Shown one piece after another: positions 38,773 through 50,036 of a stretch of DNA of 64,000 bases. Origin of the DNA: an uncultured virus (IMG/VR IMGVR_UViG_3300028805_000054) (taxonomy: Duplodnaviria > Heunggongvirae > Uroviricota > Caudoviricetes). Made by a program: the position numbers and the translations under genes. Below the pieces are notes generated by a model. It worked only from the letters and a program-made list of their open reading frames with translations. It did not search any database and was not told the origin of the DNA. The first letter of the stretch is position 1. Each line of letters opens with the position of its first letter. Location: IMG/VR virus record IMGVR_UViG_3300028805_000054. The stretch is one strand, 5' to 3'.

Positions 38773-39060
38773 TCAGACTTTCTCAATTGTAAGAAGTTTT
38801 TCAAGAGAACCTGCTACTGGAATATGTTGACAATTTTCAATCAATCCTTCTGCAGGAACTATATCTTCATCTAACTCTCTGCAAAAATCTGAAAAATCAA
38901 CGCCTTTTATACCCAACAATTTTTCTCTAGGATCAGGAAAATCCTCACAATTTTCGTTATACAGGCATCGATTACAAATTAATTCATCTATTCTAATCTC
39001 TGCCATAGGGATTGCCTCCATCTCAATTTCGATTCCTCTATAATTTATTGTTGTTTCCAT
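38773..39060 (-). CDS. Cys-rich small protein, paralog of 33410-33667
   Basis: Shared Cys pattern and FPDPR. Confidence 0.7.
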   Translation of the reverse strand: METTINYRGIEIEMEAIPMAEIRIDELICNRCLYNENCEDFPDPREKLLGIKGVDFSDFCRELDEDIVPAEGLIENCQHIPVAGSLEKLLTIEKV

Positions 39061-39349
39061 AATCCTTAACTTTTTCTAATAGATACATAATATTCTGATT
39101 TACTTTTTCATCGAACTTAACCTTCTTGAGTAGTTTTTCAATATCTACTTCATAATAAAAACTATTCAGCCTAGTAATAAATTTTACGTCAGGTCTCATT
39201 ACGGATACTGAAGCTTTATCCCCAAGTATAGATCCTGGAAAAGGAGATTTAACTTTAAGAATAATAGTCTCAAGTTGGATGAAATGATAAGTAAATCTCT
39301 CAAATTCATTTCCTTCTCTTTCTTTTGTAAAATAATAATAAATTTTCAT
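39038..39349 (-). CDS. Hypothetical protein, paralog of 32500-32823
   Basis: Shared IQLETIILKVKSP. Confidence 0.7.
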   Translation of the reverse strand: MKIYYYFTKEREGNEFERFTYHFIQLETIILKVKSPFPGSILGDKASVSVMRPDVKFITRLNSFYYEVDIEKLLKKVKFDEKVNQNIMYLLEKVKDYGNNNKL

Positions 39350-39379
39350 ATCATATATAAGGATTTTACATTTATGCTT

Positions 39380-39604
39380 TTAATATAATCTAAATCCAAC
39401 TTCTTCAATTCGTTTTTGTAGGTACCTGATTAAGAATTCTGCTTCATTTCTAGATGGACAGGTATGTGCAGATTCAGTTTTCTTAACAAACTCCACTCCA
39501 CTATAACCAACGCATCTATAATAGAAGATCTTAGATGTCCTTTTATTGCCACCTTTCACAGCCACTCTATATTTCTCATCACAGTAACAAGGAAACATTC
39601 TCAT
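39380..39604 (-). CDS. Hypothetical protein
   Basis: Overlap-coupled in operon. Confidence 0.55.
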   Translation of the reverse strand: MRMFPCYCDEKYRVAVKGGNKRTSKIFYYRCVGYSGVEFVKKTESAHTCPSRNEAEFLIRYLQKRIEEVGFRLY

Positions 39605-40395
39605 AATTTTCCTGCTACTAATATTTTTTGTGTTATGGTATTGAAAAGGAGTTCTTGTTTACCCGTTATCATATCGTGGGAGAGCCAAGTAATCATTATA
39701 ATCTGATCTCCTTCCATTGAGTAAACCCCATAACCGTTGAGTGTTTTAGTGATAGCGGTTAGGGAATTTAGGTTTAGGTAGTGTGATAGTTCTGAGTCCC
39801 CCGTGTTTGCTAGTTCTTTCAATCCTTCCCAAAGTTTCATCCTATCTTGTATCTCCAACTTCATTATTTCTTCTGGATATATAAATTGGCCTAGAAGTTC
39901 GGAAGAGAAACCTGATGAAACAAGGGAAGCACCGCCCAACAGATCTAAGACAACAGCTTCTTTTAGGTTTCCGGTGTATCCTCTATATCCTTTCCCACGT
40001 TTTTCAAATCTCTCCAAGTAATGTTCAGTAAAATGGATCTTGAATATATTATAGTTTTTCCCGTGATCCATTCCTTGTAAGAGCCATATTCGATCTGGGT
40101 TTTCGTCCTCCAGGTAATGAAAGCACATAAACATTGGACTTCCTTGGCTAAATTTTAGGATAGTGGTGAACAGGAACATTTTTAAGGAGGGGCATATTTT
40201 TGGGTTTACTCTTCCGAATATCCAAGGTAAGATCTCCGCTTGTTTCGCTTTCCTGCCTTCCTCCTCTATTTCCTTACTCCTGCCCGCTTGTTTCCCAATA
40301 TAGTATTGTTCTTTCTGCAGGATTACGCTCTCATATTTCTCTAGTAGTTTAAATATTTCTTCTCTTTCATTTTCCTGCCTTATATTCCCCATCAT
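39601..40395 (-). CDS. Hypothetical protein
   Basis: 264-aa coupled ORF; FTEHYLERF motif. Confidence 0.65.
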   Translation of the reverse strand: MMGNIRQENEREEIFKLLEKYESVILQKEQYYIGKQAGRSKEIEEEGRKAKQAEILPWIFGRVNPKICPSLKMFLFTTILKFSQGSPMFMCFHYLEDENPDRIWLLQGMDHGKNYNIFKIHFTEHYLERFEKRGKGYRGYTGNLKEAVVLDLLGGASLVSSGFSSELLGQFIYPEEIMKLEIQDRMKLWEGLKELANTGDSELSHYLNLNSLTAITKTLNGYGVYSMEGDQIIMITWLSHDMITGKQELLFNTITQKILVAGKL

Positions 40396-40987
40396 TTTTT
40401 ATAGCCTCTTCTTTTATCAATTCAAATGTTGCTTTACTGAATGGTTTATAAATGTCATAATCACTACCACAAGAAACGTCAACATATAGGTTTCCGTCTT
40501 TTCCTAACATAAACATTTCCTCTGCGCCTATATTCATTTCAGTTTGAGAGGTTAAGCACCATTTCAAGTATTTTTCTTCAGCGAATCTTCCTTTGGCGGT
40601 TTCTTGTAGCCATATATAATCCTGAGTGTGCCAAGTTCCATCATTATATTTTAAATATTTCTCATATAGGAATTCATTTGCATGATGATCAGCTTTATAG
40701 TACTTGTCATCATAGTCATCTCTTATCCCAACCACCTTAACTACTATACTTTTGTCCTCATTTATAAAGCAAGTCCCGATCAGTTTCTTATAATCTTCTT
40801 CCGTTGCTTCAAAATAAGTTTCTGTTCTTTCCTCAATATATTCTTCTATGCCCTTATCTGTTCCAATTGTATATGTAACTCCAATAGGTAAGTGTTCCAA
40901 GACATATTGAAGTGTTGATAGTTCCGTAATGGAGAGATCATCTATATGTTTATCCTCCCACTCTGCTAATAATTTTTCTATGTTCAT
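40367..40987 (-). CDS. Hypothetical acidic protein
   Basis: 206-aa coupled ORF. Confidence 0.65.
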   Translation of the reverse strand: MNIEKLLAEWEDKHIDDLSITELSTLQYVLEHLPIGVTYTIGTDKGIEEYIEERTETYFEATEEDYKKLIGTCFINEDKSIVVKVVGIRDDYDDKYYKADHHANEFLYEKYLKYNDGTWHTQDYIWLQETAKGRFAEEKYLKWCLTSQTEMNIGAEEMFMLGKDGNLYVDVSCGSDYDIYKPFSKATFELIKEEAIKNDGEYKAGK

Positions 40988-41205
40988 AATATACTAATTC
41001 TATGTGCGCTTTCTTTAATGTATGGAATAATCAGAGTCATTACGTGTTCTCCATATTTATTTTGGATTTGATTTAAGTCGTTGAGATCTTTTCGTAATAA
41101 ATATCCTTGTTTTTCGTATTCAGCATAATATCTGATCAGGTCCTTATTATCGGCAGAATGATTCCTAGCCCAAACCTGATAGAAAACATCAAATTCATTT
41201 TTCAT
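40984..41205 (-). CDS. Hypothetical protein
   Basis: 4-nt overlaps with both neighbours. Confidence 0.6.
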   Translation of the reverse strand: MKNEFDVFYQVWARNHSADNKDLIRYYAEYEKQGYLLRKDLNDLNQIQNKYGEHVMTLIIPYIKESAHRISIL

Positions 41206-41669
41206 AGATTTTCGCTCCTTTCCATCATTTTCCGTCTTGCTCGTTCTATAGCTTCAGTATCGGATTTTAAGCAGACTAATCCTCTTTGATGCCATACCTT
41301 GAAGCTTATTCCTTTATCTGTTCTCACTAATCTTTCTCGTGTTGTCCAGAAAATAGCAATACAAGGTTCCGTTACTCCATATACTTCTACCTCAAATTCT
41401 CCGTTAGCATGAATTTCGGTATGTTTATTATAGGAATCAACCTCTGCTTTATCTCCCGTTATGCTTTTCCATCTTAGTGTTTCTTTTCGGAGGTTGGGAA
41501 ATTCGGAGAGGTTATAGACAGTTGCTTTATCATATCCACACTTTCTTTCTAGTTCCCCATCCAAGTACCACCAGCTATTTCTATCAAGGTCTCCATTCTT
41601 TAGTTTTTCTTGGGTTACTATTTTATCATAATCTTTATCCCAATCACAAATCATTTTCAACTTTTTCAT
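41202..41669 (-). CDS. Hypothetical protein
   Basis: 155-aa first gene of operon. Confidence 0.65.
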   Translation of the reverse strand: MKKLKMICDWDKDYDKIVTQEKLKNGDLDRNSWWYLDGELERKCGYDKATVYNLSEFPNLRKETLRWKSITGDKAEVDSYNKHTEIHANGEFEVEVYGVTEPCIAIFWTTRERLVRTDKGISFKVWHQRGLVCLKSDTEAIERARRKMMERSENL

Positions 41670-41873
41670 ATATTAATAAGTCTTTCCGCCGTCTTATTCC
41701 TTCCGTGATATTTTTAAGGTTGGGGAGATCAGGCTTCGCAAAAATAAACAACCTTGAAATTTTACCAGCATGATTTTTACGGCCGTCTGAGATTATGCTG
41801 GAGAAGAGAAACGGAAGGAGAGATCACGGCGGAAAAAGAAGAGACAGGATTTTATTTCCCATCTCTTTTATTC

Positions 41874-42947
41874 TTACCACTTCTCTTCTATAGTCATTCT
41901 GGTCAACAATTCTATAGCTCCTTCAATATCTCTCCAGTCCATAGTTTCGATTGGGGTATGCATAGAGAGTAGTGGAAGTGAGAGGAGTGTAGTTTCGGCA
42001 TCGGTAGTTTCAAGATAGAATTCCTTCGTGTTTGTTCCTCCGATTCTTTCTGCTCCATCTTGTGTCTTTATACCTCCACTCCCCAATATTTTATTCAGGC
42101 GTATAGATTTATCCTGTCCCCATGTTATAACCGGTCCTTCTCCCAACTTGATCTCTCCATACTTTTTAGGTTCGAATTGTTTAGTATCGCACGCATGAAG
42201 AACATCTAAGTCTACGGAAATGTCGGGATTAATTTGTCGGGCTGCTTTATGTGCTCCTAACAGTCCAGATTCTTCTCCGACACATGCACAACCAATCACC
42301 GTATACATCTGTTTCCATTCCGCCTGTCCTGTATATTCTGCCAATCTCTCCATTACCTCTGACACTACAAATACACCTGCCTTATCGTCCAGTGAATTTC
42401 CATGAACGCGGTGTGATCCAAAGTCAAGGTTAATGATCCGGCCGTGAACTATTGGAGAGCCTACATGAATTCCTAAGGTTTCTACTTCTTCTTTTGACTC
42501 TGCTCCAATATCAATCCGAAGGTCATCAAAATCTAAGACTTTATTCTTCAATTTCTCTTCCTGGTACTCAATATGGATAGGATTTTTGTGTACTACTCCT
42601 TCTATTGACTCGAGGTTAGGTTCCCGAAGAATGAGCACGGCCGATCCAGGAAGAACCTTTTTATCCACACCGCCCATATTCTTAGGGATGATAAAGCCAG
42701 AATCTGTGATATATCCTACACTCATTGCAATTTCATCAATATGGGCTGAGAACATGACCTTAAGTGGACCTGAACCTATCGAGTAAGCCGTATTTCCCAT
42801 CTTGTCTTTATAGAATGGTGTTCCAATTCCTTTCACTCTCTCTTCCCATACCTTTAACCCTAACTCCTCAATACCAGAAGGAGAAGGTGTTTCCAACAAT
42901 TTCTTTAAAAATTCTTTGTTCATTTCATCAATAATTAATTTACTCAC
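41874..42947 (-). CDS. M42 family metallo-aminopeptidase
   Basis: SAHIDEI, SLDDKAG, GEESGLLGA, VDLDV, MHTPIE. Confidence 0.9.
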   Translation of the reverse strand: MSKLIIDEMNKEFLKKLLETPSPSGIEELGLKVWEERVKGIGTPFYKDKMGNTAYSIGSGPLKVMFSAHIDEIAMSVGYITDSGFIIPKNMGGVDKKVLPGSAVLILREPNLESIEGVVHKNPIHIEYQEEKLKNKVLDFDDLRIDIGAESKEEVETLGIHVGSPIVHGRIINLDFGSHRVHGNSLDDKAGVFVVSEVMERLAEYTGQAEWKQMYTVIGCACVGEESGLLGAHKAARQINPDISVDLDVLHACDTKQFEPKKYGEIKLGEGPVITWGQDKSIRLNKILGSGGIKTQDGAERIGGTNTKEFYLETTDAETTLLSLPLLSMHTPIETMDWRDIEGAIELLTRMTIEEKW

Positions 42948-43048
42948 TTATATATTCGTTAACTATTTTTCTCATTGTCTTGATTACTTCATCCTCCATA
43001 ATTCCGCATCGTCTGGCCAGGATAGGGATGATAGTACGAATTTCTTTT

Positions 43049-43372
43049 TCAATCATTGTCATCTTCTAAGTGCGGGTACATAGTAAGATCATCATCAAAA
43101 TTTGTTCTCTTGATCAGATCTTCTAATGATTCTAAATTAATCACTTCGGGTTCTTGTATTTGATTGCTATTTTTCTCTTCAAGGATTATTTCTTTTCCAC
43201 AGTTAGGACACAACACATATCTCTTTGAATAACCGTAGAAACCGGGGCCTATGATATTGTTACTATAGGAATAAGTTTTAATATCTCCATCAGTAAACGC
43301 AAACTCACACTCACATTCCGGACAGGTCTTTACGATTTCCTCTACCGGATTAGGATTTTTCAAGATTCTCAT
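43049..43372 (-). CDS. Zn-ribbon small protein
   Basis: CPEC...CPNC. Confidence 0.65.
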   Translation of the reverse strand: MRILKNPNPVEEIVKTCPECECEFAFTDGDIKTYSYSNNIIGPGFYGYSKRYVLCPNCGKEIILEEKNSNQIQEPEVINLESLEDLIKRTNFDDDLTMYPHLEDDND

Positions 43373-43920
43373 TTTCTTTTCAATAACATCTTAAGATTTT
43401 CACTAAGGAGATCACAGTTTGGAGTCCAGTCAAAACCTTCGGAGGCATAATTAGTAACTCCATCCTTGAAATCTGTAAAGAATCCAATCTTATGATCACC
43501 AAATTCAATACTAACAATTCCGTCTTCAATTTCCAGGTCTAATGTAATCGAACCATAAGGAGTTAAGTTCCACCACTCCGGATCTATGTAACGATTCTTT
43601 AGCCATTCTTTCTCAAACTCTAGAGCGGTATTCCAGACTTCTTTTCTTACACTATCATCTTCAGAAAACCAACTCTCCTGTAATGTATATCTTTTATTGT
43701 CCATATGTTTTCGTTTATGACCTTTCCACCTAACAAAGAAGGGTGTCCAATCGGTTTCATCCCAATAATGATTTATTCGATTGGTTAGGTCAGTGATACA
43801 TCCTTCCTTTTCGCTTCGGTAAAACTCTCCTTTTTTATAGACAAGCTCACCATCATCGATCATCCTAACGTCTTGGATGCATCGAAATAGATCACCTACC
43901 CGAACGTCTTTTGTTTCCAA
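43369..43920 (-). CDS. Tandem beta-barrel family member fused to a second domain
   Basis: FRCIQDV...YKKG..Y.SE.EGCIT. Confidence 0.6.
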   Translation of the reverse strand: METKDVRVGDLFRCIQDVRMIDDGELVYKKGEFYRSEKEGCITDLTNRINHYWDETDWTPFFVRWKGHKRKHMDNKRYTLQESWFSEDDSVRKEVWNTALEFEKEWLKNRYIDPEWWNLTPYGSITLDLEIEDGIVSIEFGDHKIGFFTDFKDGVTNYASEGFDWTPNCDLLSENLKMLLKRK

Positions 43921-44107
43921 TTACCTTAAATACAATTTTCCAATATTCATCATCAGGCCCGTCAAGCCATTCATGACATGTATTTCCTTCTTCGTTTGTT
44001 ATGCATCCTTCAACCTCACTCTTATAGATCTTCCCCTTTTTATATATGGTGGTTACTCCAAAAATAACATCTTGAATACACCTAAATCTCTTTCCTAGTG
44101 TTTTCAT
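43892..44107 (-). CDS. Tandem beta-barrel family member
   Basis: FRCIQDV...YKKGKIYKSEVEGCIT. Confidence 0.6.
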   Translation of the reverse strand: MKTLGKRFRCIQDVIFGVTTIYKKGKIYKSEVEGCITNEEGNTCHEWLDGPDDEYWKIVFKVIGNKRRSGR

Positions 44108-44306
44108 TTCTGTTCCTTTTATTAGATGGTAGAATAATGAAATGAGTGGAAAATTCTTCAGTGTTCATACAAAATCCAATACCATTCCCAAACTCATCAA
44201 TCAAAAGAATGTATGGAAAATCAAGAGTATGAATTTTATAGATCTTATCCTTATAGAAAATTTGTCCCATGTCTTCTAAACACCTAACTCTTCTTCCACG
44301 TCTCAT
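44082..44306 (-). CDS. Tandem beta-barrel family member
   Basis: VRCLED...FYKDKIY. Confidence 0.55.
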   Translation of the reverse strand: MRRGRRVRCLEDMGQIFYKDKIYKIHTLDFPYILLIDEFGNGIGFCMNTEEFSTHFIILPSNKRNRNENTRKEI

Positions 44307-44532
44307 ATTTAGATCTCCTTTTGATTGGTTGGTAGGGTATAAAATAATTTCTTATAGTAGCAAAAGTTATATATCTCCGACCCAAAACAATCTTTTTCTT
44401 TTCTTCATGATTTACCAGCCACCATCTCCCATCTTCAAGTTTAACGAGTGGATAGAGACGGCCTTTTTTGAACTCTACTATGAAGGTGCCGTGTTTAAAT
44501 CTACAATCTACTTTACAAATTACTCCCTTCAC
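44284..44532 (-). CDS. Tandem beta-barrel family member (divergent)
   Basis: ICKVD...FKKGRLY. Confidence 0.55.
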   Translation of the reverse strand: MKGVICKVDCRFKHGTFIVEFKKGRLYPLVKLEDGRWWLVNHEEKKKIVLGRRYITFATIRNYFIPYQPIKRRSKYETWKKS

Positions 44533-45374
44533 TTTCGGAAATCAATTCTAAATCCTCTCTTTCCTTTTTGTCGGCAAGGGAGAATAACAAACCACTCCTC
44601 TAGGTCCTTTGCCTTTGGGTTTCTCTCCACTCCACATTCTCGATAAACCTTTTCCAATCTATCTTTAACTTCTTGAGCCCCTTCTAAAAGAAATTCCCCA
44701 AGATTAAATTCAGCATAGATTCTTTCTCTAAGGCTTGGTAATTCTGGTCCTAGTTGTTCTTTCTTCTTGAATTCTAATCTACTCCTCTCCATACCAGCCT
44801 CCCCGCTTGAATCTCCAAAAATCATAAGTTCAGTTTGGGTTGAGATGGGAAGTAGGTTAAAAACATTCATCCAATTTCCAGAACGTGCTACCTCTATTCT
44901 CCTATTTGATCCCGCTAACCATACCCTCTTCACTAAATCTTGATCAGCGCTAGGAAGTATCATGAAATCCTTGAAAAGATTAGTCTGAGTAATTCCGTAT
45001 GCATCCTCCAGTGAATTCCAAGTATCACATTCATAGAGGATCTCATAATTGTCTGAAACATCTACCCAATCTAATCCCATCATCTGTGCTATTCTCTTAG
45101 TTTCTCCAATCACCCGCTTATGTTCTTCTTGGGATGTTGGGATAGGTATGTAATTAGAGTATAAGATGTCGGGGAGGTAATCTAGAAGACTTAGTTTGTA
45201 CATTTCCCTTTTCTTTTCGAATAATGCACGAAACGGTCTCAATACTCCCCTCAACTTGTCATCGTGGGAAAGATCTGGGAAAGTATATAAGAGTTGTGTA
45301 TTTTCTAGGTCATACTCTGTTCTCTCCTGTTCAGTTAAGTACAAGAGTTTATCCTTCTGTATTATTCTCAGCAT
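44529..45374 (-). CDS. Protein with a divergent copy of the helicase C-terminal domain
   Basis: RIYAEFNLG...VKDRLEKVY...NPKAKDLEEWF...KRGFRI. Confidence 0.65.
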   Translation of the reverse strand: MLRIIQKDKLLYLTEQERTEYDLENTQLLYTFPDLSHDDKLRGVLRPFRALFEKKREMYKLSLLDYLPDILYSNYIPIPTSQEEHKRVIGETKRIAQMMGLDWVDVSDNYEILYECDTWNSLEDAYGITQTNLFKDFMILPSADQDLVKRVWLAGSNRRIEVARSGNWMNVFNLLPISTQTELMIFGDSSGEAGMERSRLEFKKKEQLGPELPSLRERIYAEFNLGEFLLEGAQEVKDRLEKVYRECGVERNPKAKDLEEWFVILPCRQKGKRGFRIDFRK

Positions 45375-48300
45375 GATAATCTAAAAATTTCCCTCCAATA
45401 TAATGAAGGATTTTAAATTTATATCGATTTTTAAACTTTTCCTTAAGATAGTTATTCAAGGTTAGTTCTGCTTTGTAGGCCGAATTATAACAATAGGATA
45501 TCCAAGAGTAATCATCAACTTTACTTAATCTTTGAAGTCTGTGGTGAGCGTCTTTTTTATTAATCACCAACACCCAGAGATTATCCTTGATTCTCTTGTT
45601 TCTTTCCTTAATAATTCCTACTATCCAAAATTCCTCTGACATTCTCTTATCATAAGCTTTGTTTCTCTTATTTCCTGATTAGTCTTGGTGATTTCTTTTT
45701 TATAGATTTCCCTTTTCCTAATCATCTCTAGTCTCTTCTCCGTCCTCTCCAATTTTCCAATCTCTTCTTTGTAGGATAATGAATGACGGACTAAGAACTT
45801 GACATTAATTCTAAGATCTTTCAGCTTACTATACAAATCTTTATGTCTATTATTTTTCATCATAAATAAGGGTCTGAGGTTTAGGGAAGAGAAAAACATA
45901 TCCTCATCATTTGTAACATATACCTTGTCTGATGTAACATGGTGGATAAAATGAATGGTGAGGTGGACAAAATGAATCACAGGTGGACAAAACGATACTA
46001 TCAAATTTGTTTCATCCACTTTCAAAAATGTTTCATTATGTTTTCTATATGTCTCATCCTATTTTTCTGTATGTCTCATTAAAATAAAAAGATATAGGGA
46101 GCACTTAACCCTCTATATCTATCAACTCTAATCCACTATTTTTTCCTTCTCCTACTAAAAATTCAAGAAGGGATATTGGATCAACTTCTAAGCGATACCA
46201 AACATTTAAGCATCCTGGTTCACTCTCGTCATCAACTTTCACTAATATTTTCTCTAGGTCGGTGGTGTCAAGTCCGTAGTATTCAAAAGTATGATCTACT
46301 GAGTCTCTCATTATCTCGTTTTCTACTACTTCTCTCTTAAACTCTGTCTCTTTATTATCATGGCTCAGGAATTTAGGTTTTCCATCACCACCCATCACTA
46401 CAACTTGACTAATTGTTACTACCTTTTTCATTTTCCCTGATTGCTATAAGTTTAAAGGAAGTCTCAGGATCATCAAAAGGTTCAAGCCCATATTTTTCAC
46501 AGAACTTAATAGTAGCCTTCTTGAGAAACTCCTGATAGAATTCACTCAATTTGGTTGCTGACTCTTCCTGATCCCATTCCTCTACTCCATCAATTCCATA
46601 GATGTCACAGAATAAGAGAACTAGATAAGAACAAACTATAATAACAAATTCTGGTTCTCTTTCTATCAATCCTTGCTCTAGCTTCTCTGAATTCTTCTCT
46701 TTTAGGATTTCTTCCACCCTGAGATAGCTAGTATTACCGGTTTCACGTCCAGCCTTCTCTACTAGCATTATAAACAATTTTCTATATTCGTGTACAATGT
46801 CTTCGTATGTCATAGTTTAATCTCTTTCCAAATTTTACCAGTTTTACATTCTCCACACCTAACTCCACCATAAGGTCCAAATAAGCAGAGGTCATTACAA
46901 ACATGCTTAAGTTGTTCTGGATTAATAAAATGTCTATTTCTTTTGACTAACCTAATCTGATTCCATCTATAGTATTTATTCTCTACAGGATATTTTTCTA
47001 CCCTATATCGGACAGAATAAATTTGACCCTGTATTATATCATATCGATAATTTACTTTGAAATATGGACCATTAATGTTGTTCGATCTGAATAATGCTGT
47101 TTCTACAATTCTTCTTATTCTTTTCTCTGATGGTATCCAAACTTCATCTCCAGGTTCAAAATATCTCTTTCTCTCTTTTACTAACCTAGAATATTCACAA
47201 CCAGAGCATCCATCGGCCAAAGCTCCAGGATAACACCTTCCATCATGGCAAAACCAATCTTCACCTTCCAAAAGTTCTACTCCCCTAACTTTTCCAACCC
47301 TTTCAGTCGGGTAGTTTAAGAGCTTAAATTCTCTCCATGTCTCCCTCTCCGGAAATGCATATTGATTAGTAAGATTCATAAAGCTATAGAAACCACCAAG
47401 TTCCATCTTATAGACAAGCCACTCGAATCCTTCTCTGTCTTCGATTATCTCCCCGACGTAAACTCTAATTATGTTCTGATCCATTCTTCAATAGGGTTTG
47501 TCATAACGAGAGAGATACCAATAAGCATCTTTAGGATCAGGTCGTGTTAGGTAGATTGGGAAGGTATAATCAACGTTTTCCTTATCCTCTTTCACAGCTA
47601 ATCCTATTCCAACCTCCAGATATATGTCACAAGAGGAGTATCGATTTTCTCTTTGCTTAATCCATCTAATAACGTAAGGATGATCGGGGCCTCCATAATA
47701 GTCAATGTCATCTCTCTTCAGAAGGATAGTATTAGAGATATAGACAAGTTTTCCTACTTCAAAATAGGTGGGGTCTAATCTCTTCATAACAACTTTCCCT
47801 AATCTCGCAAAAGAATCCGACAGGTAACAAAGCTCTGCCAACTGATCTTTAATGGCATGAAAATCAAGAGTTACAAGTTCAAATTTCTTTTCAAATTCTG
47901 ACTCATCCATTTCTGTCGAGACTCCATCACCTCCTATAAATTTAACCTTACTCCCATTACTTCCATAAGATCTACAGGACAGGGTAACTATTTCATCAGT
48001 CCCTTTCTTTTTCCAGCTACTTTTCCAATATATCATAAAATAAAAAGCTCGTTCGTTTCAAGATTAATCTCCACATGTATTACTTCAAATTTAGGCTTCA
48101 AGAGATCAATTAGAAACTGCTTGAAACCGTTAAATGAGTTGGTGAAAAATTTTAGTACTTCTTCAGGATTATCAGTCTCTTTCCAATAGAGGGCGACATC
48201 AGAAACAGAGATGGAGTCAAAGTTCAGGAGGCAGAGTTCTTTATCTTTCTTCCCTAACACTAAAATTCCCTCTTCAGTCTCTGTAATCAACGTCCATCCC

Positions 48301-48810
48301 GAGACAAGAACTCCAGACATTCGTTATAACATTCGGTAGGTGTCTCTCCAAGTTTTTCCATCTTAACTCGACGATCCCCAACTTGTATTATACCTCTCCC
48401 CATTTCTCCTTCTGGTATGTTGTAAATCTTAAGACCCATCCCCCAAAGAAATTCTACTGCTTCAATAACGGACGGGGCAGGAATTGGATTTACTACTTTC
48501 TCTGCCCAAAATTTCTTCTCCCCATTATCATAGACATAGAGAGAAGGAGCATTATAGCCAAACCTTTCCTTTAAGAATTTACCAACACGAGGTGATACAA
48601 TCATTTTACGTACACATCTTTAAAGAAACTTCCCCAATAACCTGAATGTCCACACTTCTTACAATGTCCAGTAATAGCATTGTGATATTCAGTGCTTTCA
48701 TCATAATCATCGTCTTCCAATACTTCTTCACAATTAGGACATACACAAATACTTTTCTCTGTATATCCTTGCTGCTCCATATATTGCGATAGCTTCATTT
48801 CTTTTTCCAA
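45349..48810 (-). other. Run of small overlapping hypothetical genes (45349-45642, 45621-46025, 46105-46431, 46409-46813, 46810-47484, 47488-48036, 48033-48320, 48287-48604, 48601-48810)
   Basis: Dense co-oriented, overlap-coupled ORFs; 48601-48810 has CxxC/CxxC. Confidence 0.65.
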
Positions 48811-49463
48811 TCAATTTTCTGTATCTCGTCAACAAATCCTAGCTTCAAGAGTTCATCAGCAGTCATCCATCTATCACGAGGAGCCATTTCAGTTATCTCT
48901 TTTACTGTATGACCTGTTCTCTCCCCGATAAAACTGAACAGAACTTGCTTGGTGTGTTCTATGTTACGAGCTACAATCTGAATATCCTCACTAGTCCCCT
49001 GCACTCCTCCGCTTGGCATATGTAAGAGACCTTCGGAGTGGGGGAGAGCTACACGTTTTCCCTTCTTCCCGGCCACTAACAAAGCAAGACCCATAGAATA
49101 AGCCGAACTAATATTAACGGTTCTGACATCACTCTTAATTCGGCCAATCGTATCTATAAGACCTAAACCTGCTGAACATGAACCACCGGGAGACATGATG
49201 TTTATAGTAATATCCTCCTCACTCACAGTATCAAGGTAAAGAAGTTGAGCTACCGCAATACTACATGTCTCATCCGTAAACTCGCTAGCAAAGAAAAGCT
49301 GACGATCAATCATTAGGCGAGAGAAAATGTCGAGTTGAGTTGCATGAAGTTCTCGTTCCTCCAAGATATACGGGTTTTGATATCCCTTCTTCATCATATC
49401 ATCTACCACACTCATCCTAACATCATTCCTCCCCAAACAATACTTTCTAAAATCTTTTTTCAT
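48795..49463 (-). CDS. clpP: ATP-dependent Clp protease proteolytic subunit
   Basis: DIFSRLMIDR, INIMSPGG, AYSMG (Ser), LLHMPSGG (His), RDRWM (Asp). Confidence 0.9.
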   Translation of the reverse strand: MKKDFRKYCLGRNDVRMSVVDDMMKKGYQNPYILEERELHATQLDIFSRLMIDRQLFFASEFTDETCSIAVAQLLYLDTVSEEDITINIMSPGGSCSAGLGLIDTIGRIKSDVRTVNISSAYSMGLALLVAGKKGKRVALPHSEGLLHMPSGGVQGTSEDIQIVARNIEHTKQVLFSFIGERTGHTVKEITEMAPRDRWMTADELLKLGFVDEIQKIDWKKK

Positions 49464-49532
49464 GTATTCTAGTTAATTTTATATTAACGATTATATTCAT
49501 TACATCAATAAGGGTTTCACCTCCTTATATAA

Positions 49533-50036
49533 GTGAAGATAAAAGACGTTAGGTTAAAGACAAATGGAGAATATGTATGTCTAACTTTATGGCTTATGCT
49601 CCCAGACGTTTATACATTTTGGTGGGGACTGGGACAGGGAGATCGTGACTGGCTGGAACTCTGTTGGAAGGAAAAGAGACTAGAAGATATAGAAAAGTTT
49701 ATGGAAGGAACCAGGCTTAGTCTTTGTCGCGGGAGTATTAAGATCGGGGCAAGAGGGAGATTACCAAAGAAGAAATTTTCATGGACTAGATTTAAGAGGA
49801 GAACTTTTGGAATATGGACAGAACTTAATACTCCTAAACCTCCGATGAGAAATACCCGCGACGTTCTTATAAGCCGGATCACACGCTTCCTAACCCTTCT
49901 TGAGATACCTTCCAATATTATCATCCCAAACTTGAAAGATTATATTACACTCTATATACTAAAAAGAGATCATCAGCAACCCACGACTAACGATACCATC
50001 GGGTCGAGGGCATGTAAATGCCACTATGCTGATTAG
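49533..50036 (+). CDS. Hypothetical protein whose 3' end is replaced by the IscB element left end
   Basis: ORF reads into the element after ...ILKRD. Confidence 0.55.
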   Translation: MKIKDVRLKTNGEYVCLTLWLMLPDVYTFWWGLGQGDRDWLELCWKEKRLEDIEKFMEGTRLSLCRGSIKIGARGRLPKKKFSWTRFKRRTFGIWTELNTPKPPMRNTRDVLISRITRFLTLLEIPSNIIIPNLKDYITLYILKRDHQQPTTNDTIGSRACKCHYAD

